A DNA stretch of 64,000 nt from positions 600,979-664,978 of the forward strand of contig QPGO01000008.1 of assembly GCA_008632985.1 (NCBI GenBank). Reading direction: 5' to 3'. Within the stretch, counting starts at the first letter, position 1. The number at the start of each line of letters is the position of its first letter. This stretch comes from Psammoneis japonica (Eukaryota). This document shows, in pieces, positions 11,824 to 23,838 of this stretch. The notes beneath the pieces were generated by a model, which searched no databases, was not told where the DNA came from, and saw only the letters and a program-made list of their open reading frames with translations. The position numbers were made by a program, and so were the translations under genes.

Positions 11824-13561
11824 TTATGTGCATCCCTCTTCGTTGGGAGTCTTGAAGTCACGCATGTGAATCCTGTAGGTGGAGAAGAATGAAAAAGATT
11901 GTAAGAGAAGGATTATCACCGAGACGTCTTGAAAAAGGATTGGTACTTCATACTACTCACCATGCATTTGCGCCATACTGGACGTGGAGAAGAATGAAAA
12001 AGATTGTAAGAGAAGGATATCACCGAGACGCCTTGAAAAAGGATTTGTACTTCATACTACTCACCTTGACGCCTTTAATTACCGGCTTCGCTTCTGCAAC
12101 GAGGCATGAAAAATGATGTAAACAATGAGAACAATCATCACGAGCTCTTGAAATAGGCCTTGCACCACAAACTTACCGTGAATTGTTCGACCGTCCTTTT
12201 TGTCCGGATCTTCATCGAGAACACTTGGCCAAATGACGGCTCTACCGCGCTTGGGGGTCACCGTCATGCCAAGCATGGGGAATTCAGTGCCACCGCCTTC
12301 CTCGACGTCATTCAAATCTAAAGTAGACAAGAAAGGGAAGCGAGTTAGCTTGCTATTGAGAAGTCTCGGCGGACACACCGATTCCATATTCCATACTTAC
12401 AAATATAAACGGTAAGTAGTCGAACTCCGCTTTGGCGATCGAGCTGGTGTGGAATGTAGTCACTGTGGGTATGGTAATACTGGTTTTCTTCGTACTTGAG
12501 CATTTGCAAGTACTCGGAGTTGAGTTCAGGGATACCTGTGAGGTTGGAGATCCTGTCCATGACATTCCTTGCCAATGGATCCTTGTAGCATTCGTTTTGA
12601 CACCACGAGTTCATTGAAGTACGCCCGTTGTTCACAAAGTTGTCGTAAGTTCCATCGAACTTGCGCTCTCCCACATCAGAACTCCTCTCGTATCCCTCCT
12701 CGGCACCCAACTCAATGAGCCTTTCGCACTCTTCCGGAGTAGCGAATTCCTCAAACATGACTGCCCATGGACCAATATGGTAATCATCCTCGGCCTCTTC
12801 TTGTCTCTCCACCTGACCAGCTGCTGACTCTTCGTCTTTATGGGGCGCGGCCCTTGGCGAAAGACAATTCTTGTCCGGTTCAGGTCGAGAGAGAATCTTT
12901 GGCTTGAACTGTTTGTACTCCTCGTTGGTGACGATACGTTCAAACATGCGGTTCAAATCGCCTGGCTTCCAAACGTTTTGTTCTCGAATGGCGTCCTTAT
13001 CCAATGGACAACGGCTCTCAAACATCAACTTGTCGCAAGACTGGCACGAAGGGGCACAGTTGACCACCATGTAAGCGGGGTTATTTGTACACTCCCCTAG
13101 CAAGGCCCAAAAGGCGCAGTCCTCGTGTTGGTTCTTGCAGTGAGTCTTGATTTCTGTGTACTTTGGCTCGGTATACACAACGTCCCTCATATAAGCCATT
13201 GACTTGTCAATCCACGCCTGTATCTCGTCAGCGCGTGCTCCAACGACATTCTGTGGAACTCCGAGATCAATCGCACTTTACAGTATTGTTGCATACGGGG
13301 GGCGTGCATGATGTGGGTGAGGAAAAAACGAAAACAGCAGGGGAGGTCGAAGCACTCAAAGTAAACTTACACCGAGTCCTCCTGTTTGACGCTTCGAACT
13401 TCTTGTCCTAAACTTGGAGCGGCTTGCTGTAGAAGACATTCTCCATCGCTGTTAGTCTGACATTCTCCGTCGCTTTTGCTGCTGTTCAATCCGAGAACGA
13501 CACTCGCAAGAACAACGGAAATTGCAACAATGAAGTTACGGGGCTTTATGGATGAAAACAT
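11824..13561 (-). CDS. Secreted/ER ShKT-domain prolyl 4-hydroxylase (P4H paralogue 1), 6 exons
   Basis: Signal peptide MFSSIKPRNFIVAISVVLASVVLG; ShKT CKNQHEDCAFWA..ECTNNPAYMVVNCAPSCQSC; 2OG-Fe(II) motifs RTS, HSDY, YLNDVEEGGGT, H-E, KYGANAW; C-terminus IHMRDFKTPNEEGCT*. Introns include 11873-11960, 11978-12064 and 12094-12176. Confidence 0.9.
11873..12064 (-). repeat. Two near-identical adjacent introns (88 and 87 nt) flanking a 17-nt exon
   Basis: 11873-11960 and 11978-12064 differ by 4 substitutions and 1 indel. Both are GTGAGT...CAG on the minus strand. Exon 11961-11977 encodes YGANA(W). Confidence 0.9.
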
Positions 13562-14189
13562 CGTAATGCTGCTTTTACTCTTTCTGTACTCGCCTTGATG
13601 CGTGCCTTTTTTGTGAGTTGCCAAATGACACGGCTGTTACATCTGGTCGTTCGGATTTGGTCTCGTTGAACGTTGAGTTTGTGAAGAGAGTTCGGATTTT
13701 GGTTCCAAAAATTGTTTGTTCGCGTTTATGTAGTCATGTACATCAACTTTATTTTGATTTGTATGTGTTATTTGTAGGTTGTAATGTTTTCTTATAATTA
13801 CCGGTATTTGGAAAAATTCCGATTTGATTCGTGTCACAAGATTCGTCGCGCGACAGTGCGCCAGATGTGAGGAGTCGGCTCCGCCAGTGCGCGCGAGCGC
13901 TCCTTCGTCTTTCCACCCGTCCGCGTCGACTGTCGCAAATTGTCACGCACACTGAACACGGGTCCTGGGTCCTCGCCATGATATGACGCGACGAGGAAAC
14001 GCCACAACCCCCCGCCCAATCTGAAATTCCACCGCAGTAAGTACAATAGCTACCCTGCAACACTCCTTGTGCCAAACACAGTGATCAACTGGATTGACTT
14101 GTGTAAGAATATTTCGGCTACAAACGCCGTGTTGAACATTTTTGGTACCGCCTCGTGATTAGTGTTGCCTCGTCACTCGTCAGAAAACC

Positions 14190-15614
14190 ATGTCATCCAC
14201 GTTTCGCAGACGAAAGATCGACAGCGCATCTCCTTCTGCTGGTATGACTTCAAACGCTAGTGAGAAATCTTCTCCCCATACGAGTCAAGTGTTGCGTGGT
14301 ACCAAGCCCTGGACCGGCGGTTTTACACTCACCTCGGTAGGTTTGCGAGATCTGGATTCAATTCTCGGTGGCGGTCAGCCTCTCGGTACTTGCTTGCTCT
14401 TGGAACACGATCGCTGGACGCCTGACTTGGCCATGTGTCTGACTAGATATTGGTGTGCCGAAGCCGTAGCGCAAGGGCAACAAATTTCAATCGTCACCAG
14501 TCGCCCCGATGATAACGCTGATTCGTCAGCGACTTTGGAATCACGAACGTCGCTCTCAGACGATGACGAAACAGTCACGAGAAACAAAGAATTCCGAATC
14601 GGAGCATCAAAGAAGGACGCCGAAGACCTTATACTGTCGTTACCACGAAATCTACACCACGACAAGCAGAAAAAAGAAGAACAAGCGAATCAGAGGGAGA
14701 AGCCGTTGGAAATTTTGCAGGAGGAAGGCGATGATGAGGAGGAAGAAGCCGCGGAGGAAGGGTTGCAGATTGCCTGGCAGTACAAGAAAACCATTCAAGA
14801 CCAACGAATGGGCCACGACGCCAACAAGACGGGTCGTTTTCACGCCCAAGGTGGAACAACAACTACCGGTAATGTGTTTTGTCATTCCTTTGACTTATCA
14901 GGACGCATGGCTGACCAACCGATTGAGCGTGCTAGCCGTCACGTACACATCTTTGATGGACAATGCTGCTGTGAAGCACCAGCGTCCTGTAAGACACCGC
15001 GGCAATGTGGATTTTTCATTTATCAGAAACTGTTGAAGCACGTCAAGGCAACGACCTGTCCTGGGCCATCCAGAGTGATTCGCATCCTGTGGCCGCTCGC
15101 TCCAGTATCAACAACGGCGGTAGCGTTGCCCCTGTTCCTTGCATACATTCGTTCTCATCGACTTCCCGTCGTGGTTCTGGTGACCATTGAACCCTGGAAA
15201 TGCCCATCTCGGTCATCTTTGATTTCCTTGCAACGAACAAGTGACGTCGTATTGCAAACACGAGGCTTTGTCTCCCGTTCTCATTTCCCACCGCCACCGG
15301 AATTCAGTCATTTGCATGGCGTGCTATTGCTTCCCAAGGTATCAACCGTCACGGGAGCGACTGCAAATGGGGGTGGTCACTTTGCCGATATGACAAACAA
15401 CAAGCGACCACCGGCACATGTGTATGGATTGAAGCGAGATCGTCGAAAGCTTCATATTTCGTTGTTGCACATTCCACCCGAAGATTACGCAGGTGGTGGC
15501 GGGAGTGTAGGGGGCAGTGGTGTTCGCAGTGGCGCCGGACGGCCTGCCCAAGACACTTCCCAAAAAAGCAGTGGAGGCTGCGGTACCTCGGGATCGTCCT
15601 TACTGGATTTCTAA
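14190..15614 (+). CDS. ELP4: Elongator complex protein 4, 474 aa
   Basis: SVGLRDLDSILGGGQPLG, LQIAWQYK, FCHSFDLS, LKRDRRKLHISLLHIPPE. Confidence 0.88.
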   Translation: MSSTFRRRKIDSASPSAGMTSNASEKSSPHTSQVLRGTKPWTGGFTLTSVGLRDLDSILGGGQPLGTCLLLEHDRWTPDLAMCLTRYWCAEAVAQGQQISIVTSRPDDNADSSATLESRTSLSDDDETVTRNKEFRIGASKKDAEDLILSLPRNLHHDKQKKEEQANQREKPLEILQEEGDDEEEEAAEEGLQIAWQYKKTIQDQRMGHDANKTGRFHAQGGTTTTGNVFCHSFDLSGRMADQPIERASRHVHIFDGQCCCEAPASCKTPRQCGFFIYQKLLKHVKATTCPGPSRVIRILWPLAPVSTTAVALPLFLAYIRSHRLPVVVLVTIEPWKCPSRSSLISLQRTSDVVLQTRGFVSRSHFPPPPEFSHLHGVLLLPKVSTVTGATANGGGHFADMTNNKRPPAHVYGLKRDRRKLHISLLHIPPEDYAGGGGSVGGSGVRSGAGRPAQDTSQKSSGGCGTSGSSLLDF

Positions 15615-16170
15615 GGTACGTTTCGTCCGTTCGTGACGGTTAATGCCTCATTGTATTGTATTCGTCGCGCAACCGAAGTGCCATAGGCGTTGCTCTTGGC
15701 TCCATAAGGAATGTGGTGTCGCGTAGAATGCAAAATGCATTCTTTTGTGGCGTTTCTCCACTGTGTCTTTTTCATGAGCCTGCATTCGCTTGGGTCGTAC
15801 GGGATAAAATGTCCCTTTGTGCGGTCCATTTGGATTGCGTTAGAGTGTCAAGGTCTTCGAAGAGGAAAAGCATCAACGTTTTAACCCAGCAAAATTTCAA
15901 TCTCTATGAATTTTAGCTGGACCTGTCTGTTGAAACATTTCCCCAAACGCTTTGGAGGTTGAGTCCTCTCTGATCATTGTAGACGACTCACGCACAATTG
16001 TTTACTCCACTACTGTATGATGTGGTAGGACCATACGTTAATACTTTCGTCGCAGTTGACGACCTCACTAAGGAATAAGGGCATCGGCTTTGGGAAAAAC
16101 AAGTCGGCACGATTGCTCTAGAGTTAGAGGAGTTTTGCGATATCTACGGCGAATAATTGAAGGACTAGCA

Positions 16171-17016
16171 TCAAATCTGGGGGTCTTCGTCCCCCGCCTC
16201 GTAACCCTGGGTTTCGTCATCAGAATTCGCATCAACAGCATCGCCCCCTTCTTCGTCACTACCGAGCAGTCGAAAAGCGACTCTTTCTAATGGATCTGGT
16301 TCCAGTCTTTGCTCAATGAGCATCCAGTTGGACTGCTTTGCCAGGCGTATCATTTCCTCTTGGATGGCGCGGACTCTGTCAAACGCTTCGATCTTTTTCT
16401 GCTCGCCCTTTTTGGTAATTTCTCCGCGCCGATATAGCAACGCCTTGTGAGATTCAGCGTCTTTGATTGTCAAAAGACATCCGACAGCAACGCCGCCTGC
16501 TTCCTCCCACATTCTTATCAAGTTGTTTTCAGGCACAATATGGACACCCTCGACTACAATACTTACGCCCCGCCGACTCGCGTCTTCGACTAATCCTTTG
16601 ATGCTATTCTCCAACACCCCACAAGTTTCTCGCCAGCTGTCAACGGGATTATCACCTTTACGTGCTTCTGCGTAGCTTGATCGATGAAGTGCAGGACTTA
16701 TATCTGACCCAATAAAAGACCGCATTACTGCGCGAACCGTATCGCTTGAAATACAACGCAGAATATCTTGGTCTAGCGCTACAGACATTGCGAAAGTGCT
16801 CTTTCCTGTGCCCGTGCAGCCTGGAATCAAAATAAGCTTCGGCTTATCATACGAGACTTTCGGGTTGAAAAGAAAGTTCTTGGAGATGCCGAATCCGGTC
16901 GACGTCGAAAACGAAGCCGCAAGCAATGCAACCCAACCAGGATTTCGCAACGGGACGGCCGTGGTCTTTCTGTATATATGGCGATGAAGATTTGCGACGG
17001 AGGTACGAGCAATCAT
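16171..17016 (-). CDS. 2-phosphoglycerate kinase-like P-loop protein, 281 aa
   Basis: Walker A GCTGTGKS, ISSDTVRAVMR, IVVEGVHIVP; N-terminal organellar-presequence-like segment. Confidence 0.8.
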   Translation of the reverse strand: MIARTSVANLHRHIYRKTTAVPLRNPGWVALLAASFSTSTGFGISKNFLFNPKVSYDKPKLILIPGCTGTGKSTFAMSVALDQDILRCISSDTVRAVMRSFIGSDISPALHRSSYAEARKGDNPVDSWRETCGVLENSIKGLVEDASRRGVSIVVEGVHIVPENNLIRMWEEAGGVAVGCLLTIKDAESHKALLYRRGEITKKGEQKKIEAFDRVRAIQEEMIRLAKQSNWMLIEQRLEPDPLERVAFRLLGSDEEGGDAVDANSDDETQGYEAGDEDPQI

Positions 17017-17219
17017 GTTGCTTTCGAGTGTTCTTGGCAGGAGCCTCGATCGCTGTTGATGTTTTGTTGCGGCAGAACGCAGAACACAACATGGGCGGGC
17101 GAGGGGCGGGCAGAAACACAGAAAAGTTGCATTGTGACGTCATCCGAATTGACGTGCTTTCTGGACGATCTTTTGATTGACGACGACGGCGACTCAGTAA
17201 GTTCCTTTCCCATGAAGGC

Positions 17220-17405
17220 GCCTACTGTACAGTACCGATACCTACTGTACTGGTATGGCTAGCTAGCTCTCTCTCTAGGCCCTAGTTAACTGGATTAGGC
17301 ACCTGGATTGAGCCACTCTGAAGACAGAAAAGAATTTTCTAGAGTAGTTCTCTGTAGAGATAAACTTAGAGAAAGACAGCTCCAGACCTACACGCTGTTC
17401 CTAGT
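17220..17405. promoter_or_regulatory. Intergenic CTAG/CTAC/TAGA-rich tract (TpA-dense)
   Basis: ctactgtacagtaccgatacctactgtac...gctagctagctctctctctaggccctag, upstream of the 2-PGK-like gene. Function is inferred only. Confidence 0.45.
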
Positions 17406-17452
17406 TTTCGCCGGGTAATCTGCTGCAGGCCCGTGCTTTCAACACCGCATCC

Positions 17453-17893
17453 TCACTGTGACCACCTCGCAAGATTTGCTTTTGTCTCTGGAGCAACAGA
17501 AAAATCAAAATGAATCCCACCGCCATTTCGGTAATAGTCCGCAACTTGACTTGCCCACTCGCCACCCGTCATGCAAGCCGGCGACGGGTCATCGCAAATG
17601 TTGACGCGGCGTAATTCCGGAGGGATCGAGAAAAGCCAAACGCAAAGTACAAAAGCTATCCCGAACAATATATCACCTCTGCCCTCGATTCCATAGATTT
17701 CTCGATTTTTCTTGTATGCCAAGGCCCAAGAGTTCTTCAACCGGTGTGCCTGCTGTGTTTCTTGAAGAATGCCACTGCTTTTCGGATGTGGGAAACGACG
17801 CTTCATCACCGTGCCAATGGGCTGGCTAGTAAAGGCATTTGCACCAAGAATGATGAGCACGAAGAAAGAAACAACTCCCGTGATTCTTCTCAT
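17453..17893 (-). CDS. Hypothetical plastid-targeted membrane protein (~146 aa)
   Basis: MRRITGVVSFFVLIILGANA-FTSQP (bipartite signal with A-F cleavage); one TM helix; FSIPPELRRVNIC...YYRNGGGIHFDFSV. Confidence 0.7.
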   Translation of the reverse strand: MRRITGVVSFFVLIILGANAFTSQPIGTVMKRRFPHPKSSGILQETQQAHRLKNSWALAYKKNREIYGIEGRGDILFGIAFVLCVWLFSIPPELRRVNICDDPSPACMTGGEWASQVADYYRNGGGIHFDFSVAPETKANLARWSQ

Positions 17894-20800
17894 GCGGGCT
17901 AAGTTCCTTGCGTCAAAATACGTGGAAAGGTTTGTTGTCGGCGTCACGGGCTGCGGCGCGGCATCGTGCTCCGCGCTGCGCGTGGGCACGAACGTCGCCC
18001 CAGTAGAATACGATCACTCTCTACTCTAGCTAGCTGCCACTCTAGAGAGTAGCTGTAGCAGCTAAACCCCATCGCCGTACTAAAACCAACATGGTCTCAC
18101 TGCGAGTTGGTCTAGGACAAGAAGATGATGTTCCGCACTGCTGCAATTGCGCTGGTCGCCGTGACCTCCCGCTTGCTCACAGGGCCAGAGCAGGGCCACT
18201 GTCTTCGTCACAGTGGGTGGACACAAGAAGGACAAGTGAACCCGAAATGCAAACCTGCCAAAGTGCAGAAACATGCCCATCAACCTGAGCCTGCTGCTGT
18301 CGACAGCAACATGGAGCGGCACATTTCAAATGTGTGTGGTGGTGTTTGTTTGAGATTCACCTGCCACATCCACACACCACACACCATCATGTGATCTTCC
18401 TTTTGTGCAAGAACACACTCTGTTGCTTGGCTTCTTTTTGCAGCGGGGCTCACCACCTTGCTTGGCTTGGCAATGTGACCCCTTGATGCACTGTTTTTGC
18501 AGCGTGCTGAGTGCAGTGGCAGGTGATCTGTGACAAGGAGCACACATGCTTTGAGAGAGAATCCAGAAGAGGAGCTGCTGCAAATTGTGCTGGAGTGAGC
18601 CAGTGCACTCCCAAGCACATCTGAGCTTGCGGGGGGAAGACCAAGAGACAAAAGAGCAGAGAGAGAGAGCAGCTGAGCAGAGCCACCTGTCTTTCTGCCA
18701 AGCACAAAAGCAGTTGTGCAGATTTTGAGGATGAGTTTCACATGTCTCACAGAACAGCTGAAGCATCTTTCTTTGCTTGTTCTGACATGAGCACCTGCTG
18801 GGGGGGGGGGCTGTGGCAATGACAAACAAGGTCAGTCAGCTGCCAACAGAAAAGCCCCCCCCCCAGCAAATCAGAAGAAGAGCAAGAACAAAGGGCAGAG
18901 TGGGTGCTTGACCCACTTGAAGCCCAGCTCAAAATTGATGCTGTGTGTTTCTTGCCCATGCCCCACCCCTTGCTCTTCTTTTTCTTCTTCTTCTTTGCTG
19001 TGAAGCACAGATCATCTGCTTGCTGTGAAGCAAAGATCATCCTCTGCACCTCAGCCAGAACCAGTTGGAGAAACTGAGGGCATCATTGTGGGATGAGCAG
19101 CAGCAGGAGTTGTTTGGAACAACATGTGCTGCATCTCAAAAGATTGGCCTGCTTGGTGTCTTGACATTTGCAAGTCTGATTTTTGGCAACAAAGATGGGC
19201 AATGGCAAGGTGTGACCTCTGCAAATTGATGCGCATGAAGAGAGTGTCAGCAGGCAGCAAAATGTCACATTTTCTTTGTGCTGCCACCATGCCAGCATCT
19301 CAACCAGCTAACTGCCAAGCCCTGTGTCAGCTGCAAATGTGCGCAGAAGCTTTGGTGTCATGTCAAATGCTTTTCCTTGGCCTTTGCTTCCCCCTTGATT
19401 TTGAAAGCAGGTTTCATGACATCCTTGTGATGTTGTGAATTGTGCATTCTTCAAAAACAAGCTTGGAGTGAGCAGCAAACTGCAGGGCTGTAGAAGCCTT
19501 TGCTTCTCAGCTCCCAGACTCAAAGGCACCAAAACTCAAAAGCATCAAATTTGTTAAAAACAAACTGTGCCTGTCTCAGCAGCAGCAGCAACAACAACAG
19601 CAACAATGACAACAGAACGCACCCAACCTTGCTCCCAACTGAATGCACTGCATTTTGTAAAAGCTGAGACAACTTTGACAAAATGGGAGGACAGCACTTT
19701 GTGCAGAGCACATGAATGAAAGTTGCACAGATCTTGAAAGCAGCAATTTGCTGGTCCTCTCAAAAGTTTTTGGAACAATGGATGCCTTGGCAAAAAAAAC
19801 TCAGCTTTGGCAAATGAAGGCTCTCAATTGTCTCACAGTCCTCAGGAGGATGTGTGCACAACAAAATGCACTGACTTCCCCACTTCACTTTTCAACTCCT
19901 GGGCTCAAAAGCACCAAGTTTCCTCAGAGCAATGATGTGCCCATTTGACAACAAGGCCATTGCCCTTTTGTTTCAGTCATTTGTCACACTGCTTGCTCTT
20001 TCACAAGCATGGCATGCTGCCATGTGCTGCAGAAGTTTTTGAAAGAGTCAGAGAAAGAAAGATTTTTGGGTGTGTGCACATTTGAAGTGTTTGCTGTCAA
20101 TTTTTTGTGCCATGCCTTTCAGCACAGAATCTTGATCCAAGCATCAACTTTCACATGGCTGTGCAACAAAACAAAAAAAAGCTGAATTTTTCCCCTCAGT
20201 GGAGCTGTGCAACTTGATCTGTGGTGCTTTCATGTGCAAAGCCCAAATCCTGATCTTTGTCAAGTGCCTGCACGGGCTGACTTGTGCCAAGCTGAGCTGA
20301 AGCTCCAGAGAAAATGTGGGGAGTCAAGTCAAAAGTCAGCTGACACTGGTGCTGCTAAAGTTGCAAAGCTGTTGCTGGCTTTGGTCCCTTGGTGCAGCTG
20401 CAGTGCCAAACATGCCCCACAAAAAGTTGGCCAACCTTCATGGCAAGCTCAATGCCATGGGGAGAACAACACCTGCCTGTTTTGGTGTTTTTGCAAAAAA
20501 TTGGCTCAAAGAGCATGTTGCTGTGAAAGTGCTCCTCTCTCAAGCATTTGTGGCTCCAACAGGGGTCAAAGTCCAGCCAATTCTCCTGACAATTTCAAGG
20601 TGAGTGTGGTCCACATGGGGTGCAAGACTTGCAACTTTGGAGACAGGCAACACAATGTTGTCCTGCCAACACCTGAGCAAATGCATGGCAACAAGAGCGC
20701 AAGACCCGCCCACCATTTTTGTGGGGCTCTGTTGCCCATTTGACCTCTTTGATGCTTTGAGCAGGTGGGGCTGCAAGCAACCCACAATGCTCATTGTGAG

Positions 20801-21122
20801 CCACACTCTTCCATTTTCAGATTCAACACCTGCACCTTTGCAGCCAAAACAAGCCAGGGAGGAGGAGCTCCACTCACTCAAATTTGTGGGGTCAGTGGTC
20901 AGCAGCTTCTGGCCACTTTCTTCTTGAACCATGCACCAAGAATCTTTGGATGAACTTTGGCTTGCATTTTTGTTTCTTGCTTGCTCTGAGCCAACTCTCT
21001 CCAACTGGAAAATGCAGAATGCAGAACCACTGCAGTTGACACTTCCTTGAAGAAATTCTGTGTGAAATGTTGCCATTTGTTGCCATTCAGGAGAAAACAG
21101 TTGGACAAGTTTCAATGGAGCC

Positions 21123-21283
21123 TGACAGACATCCGAGATGGGGAGTGCACTCCCTTGTGTCGGACAGACTGGCATGGACAGCATGGAGAGATCCGATGAT
21201 CTCTCCTTTGCTTGCTTTCTTTCTCATTGAGTGCACGATTGTCATCTGTCCTGGATGTCCGTTAGATTGTCCCGACACCGCCA
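21123..21283 (+). repeat. 5' LTR
   Basis: TGACAGACATCCGAG...CCGCCA; aligns without gaps to 28027-28187 with 15 mismatches. Confidence 0.95.
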
Positions 21284-21493
21284 GTCCGTGAGGTTGTGAG
21301 CAGCAGTGCGCTGTTCCTCTTCCTCTGTGCTCCTCCACCGCAACGCCTGTTGTGTGACTTGGCGACCTTTTCTTCATTGAAATCGTCATCATTGTCACAG
21401 CTGTTTTTTCACCTCTCAATTTGTGATCAAACGACCACCGCAGAACACACACCAGACCTCTGCGCAGGAATTTGATTTTTTTCCCGTGCAACC

Positions 21494-23595
21494 ATGGTGA
21501 ACAAAAATCAAAACACCGTCGATTTGACCAAGATCAAGACAACACGGGTTGAATTCAGCCCACATGATTGCTTGCCCGATGCCCACATTTTCCTGAACAC
21601 CTTCCATTCGGACGCAATCCCTGCTCCTGAAGATCTTTTAGATGGATTTGCTCCTCAAGGCCTCAAGCACGATGCTGTTGCTGTTCTCCATCATGAGATT
21701 GTTCAGAATCTCATCATCCCTGAAGCTGCCCTGACCAAAGATCTCACATGAATCAGGCCGATCATTGAAAAGGCCCCTCTCTTTGTGGCCACCCCTCAAG
21801 GCTCCCCGGTTCATCTGAACCTCAGCACTCTTCAGAACGCTGTGGTCGAAGCGATCACAGAGAATCACAGCACCACAAAGGCACATGTTGGCACTTTACG
21901 TTTCCATTTCAGTCCTGGTTTCTCCGGCATTGTGATTGCTGGGATGACATTTCAGATGATCCGCATCCAGTCCCACCGGCCACTTCAAGTTCTACATCCC
22001 CATCGGTTGCTGCTGCAGGTCCTGCTCTTGAAGACTTTGCCAAGGCCTCAGCTGCTCATTTGCCTGGTCCAAAACAGTTTGAGCAAGCTGTGACAAATGC
22101 GTTGAAGAACTCCACTCCCAAGGTGTCATCTCCTGCACCATCTGCCATGGCTGCCACTGGCACAGCTTCTTCATTGACTGCTGCCAGTGCCTTGCACACC
22201 TTCAATCTGAAAGGACTTCCAAAGGATGTGCTGGCCTGCTGTCAACGCAAAGAAGCCGGGAAAGCAGTGCTCGGAAAATCACTGGCACCTTGCAAGTCTG
22301 GAAACCTTTGTCACGAGGATGGTGCTGAGCGTCTGATCCTCACCGATGGTTCTCTCTTTGTTCATTGCACTGACTGGGATGCGAAGTCTTTCCTTCGTGA
22401 CCCTCTCACTTGTGACAATGTCTCTCCTCAAGGAATTCGTGCGTGGTGCACCACTGCAACCCAACAAGCCTCGGCTTGTGGCATGTGCATGCACCCTCTG
22501 TGGTGTTTCATCAAGGATGGTGGAAACTGGGGTTTCACATGTGGCAATGATCCAACCGATGATCTCCCTCTCCAGATGACTGTGCCACTGGACCAAATGA
22601 AACTGACCATCTTCCAGCACATTCAGAAAGTTGGAATTTTTTCCGGCAGAGTCCAAGCACCCTGACATTGTTCGTCAATGCTGTGGTGATGGATGTGCTG
22701 CTGTCAAGATGATTCTCTTTGACATCCCGCCGATTTGGACGAAGCGTCCACATGAGTTGATCAAGAGCCACCCGCACCAAAACAATCTTGTGGTCCTTGG
22801 CTGCCATGCTCTCTTCAGAGACCACCTCCAGCTGCGAGCTGTCATCTCCAACGTTGATGCTTCTCTTGACAACCCTGGTGAGCTGGGTGTTTTTCTCAGC
22901 AATGCTCGCCATGGCGAGCACCTTCACCACAAAAAACCGCAGATGCCCGGGAAGACAAGAATCAACAACACAAGTTCACACAGAAGAAGATTGTTGAAAC
23001 TGTCAGTGCGATTCTCAAGGAACCGGATGGCCCTGCTCTTCGTGTCAAGGACCCTCCCAAATGTCCTCTACGTCGTCTTCACACTTCGCCTGCTCCTTCT
23101 CTTGCAGCTCCCGTCTGAGGTCTTGACTTGCTTCCCAAAGATGAAGTCTCTCCTCCGCCTCCAGCGATTGAGGAGCCTCCCAAGGAACCTGAACCTCCTG
23201 CTGCGGAAGAACCTGTGGAAACCATGGAGCATTTTGTGAATGAACTTGCTGCTGTGGATGTCCCCACAGATGATGATGCACAGGCCCTCCATGGTGTCTG
23301 CAAGGCCTGCATCCACAGGATCAAGTCCTCTCCTGCCATTGCACAGAACCGTCCGTGTGCAGTTTGTGGTGACAACCACTTGTTCCATGAGTGTCCTGTG
23401 TTGAATGATGCTGAGTGCCTGCGCACTCATCTCATTTGGTTCTCCCAGTTCCTCCAACATGATCAGCATGCTCGTGATGCACTCAAGTCTGACACAGCCA
23501 AGAAGGATTTTTCCTGGGGCCATTGTCATGTTCCGACAAACAATGCCGCCCATCCTCCTCCAATCCAAAAATTCCTGCAAGCAGGGCAACTGTGA
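21494..23595 (+). pseudogene. gag-like region of the Copia element (interrupted)
   Basis: Successive broken ORFs after the 5' LTR; zinc knuckle RPCAVCGDNHLFHECPVL near 23350. Confidence 0.7.
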
Positions 23596-23838
23596 AAGAG
23601 GGTCCAACCGACTCGTCACCTTCCGCTGATGTTCCTCTTTCACCTGTGTCATTTGCCAACCATCTTTTGGGCTCGACGAAGGCTGGCACTCCAGATCCCA
23701 AGACGATTCCTGATGATGACCCTGGCAATCACAATCAGGGGAGGGAACCAGACCTTTCTACACTGGATGCTGATGTCCCATTGTCCACTGATCAAGACCA
23801 AGAATTTGAGCATCTTGACATGACCAACACCCCTGCAT

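Noticed and set aside
20540..21120. Possible tyrosine-recombinase (DIRS/Ngaro) remnant in the Copia host sequence
   Set aside because: Only vague motif resemblance; the catalytic R-H-R-Y residues could not be placed.
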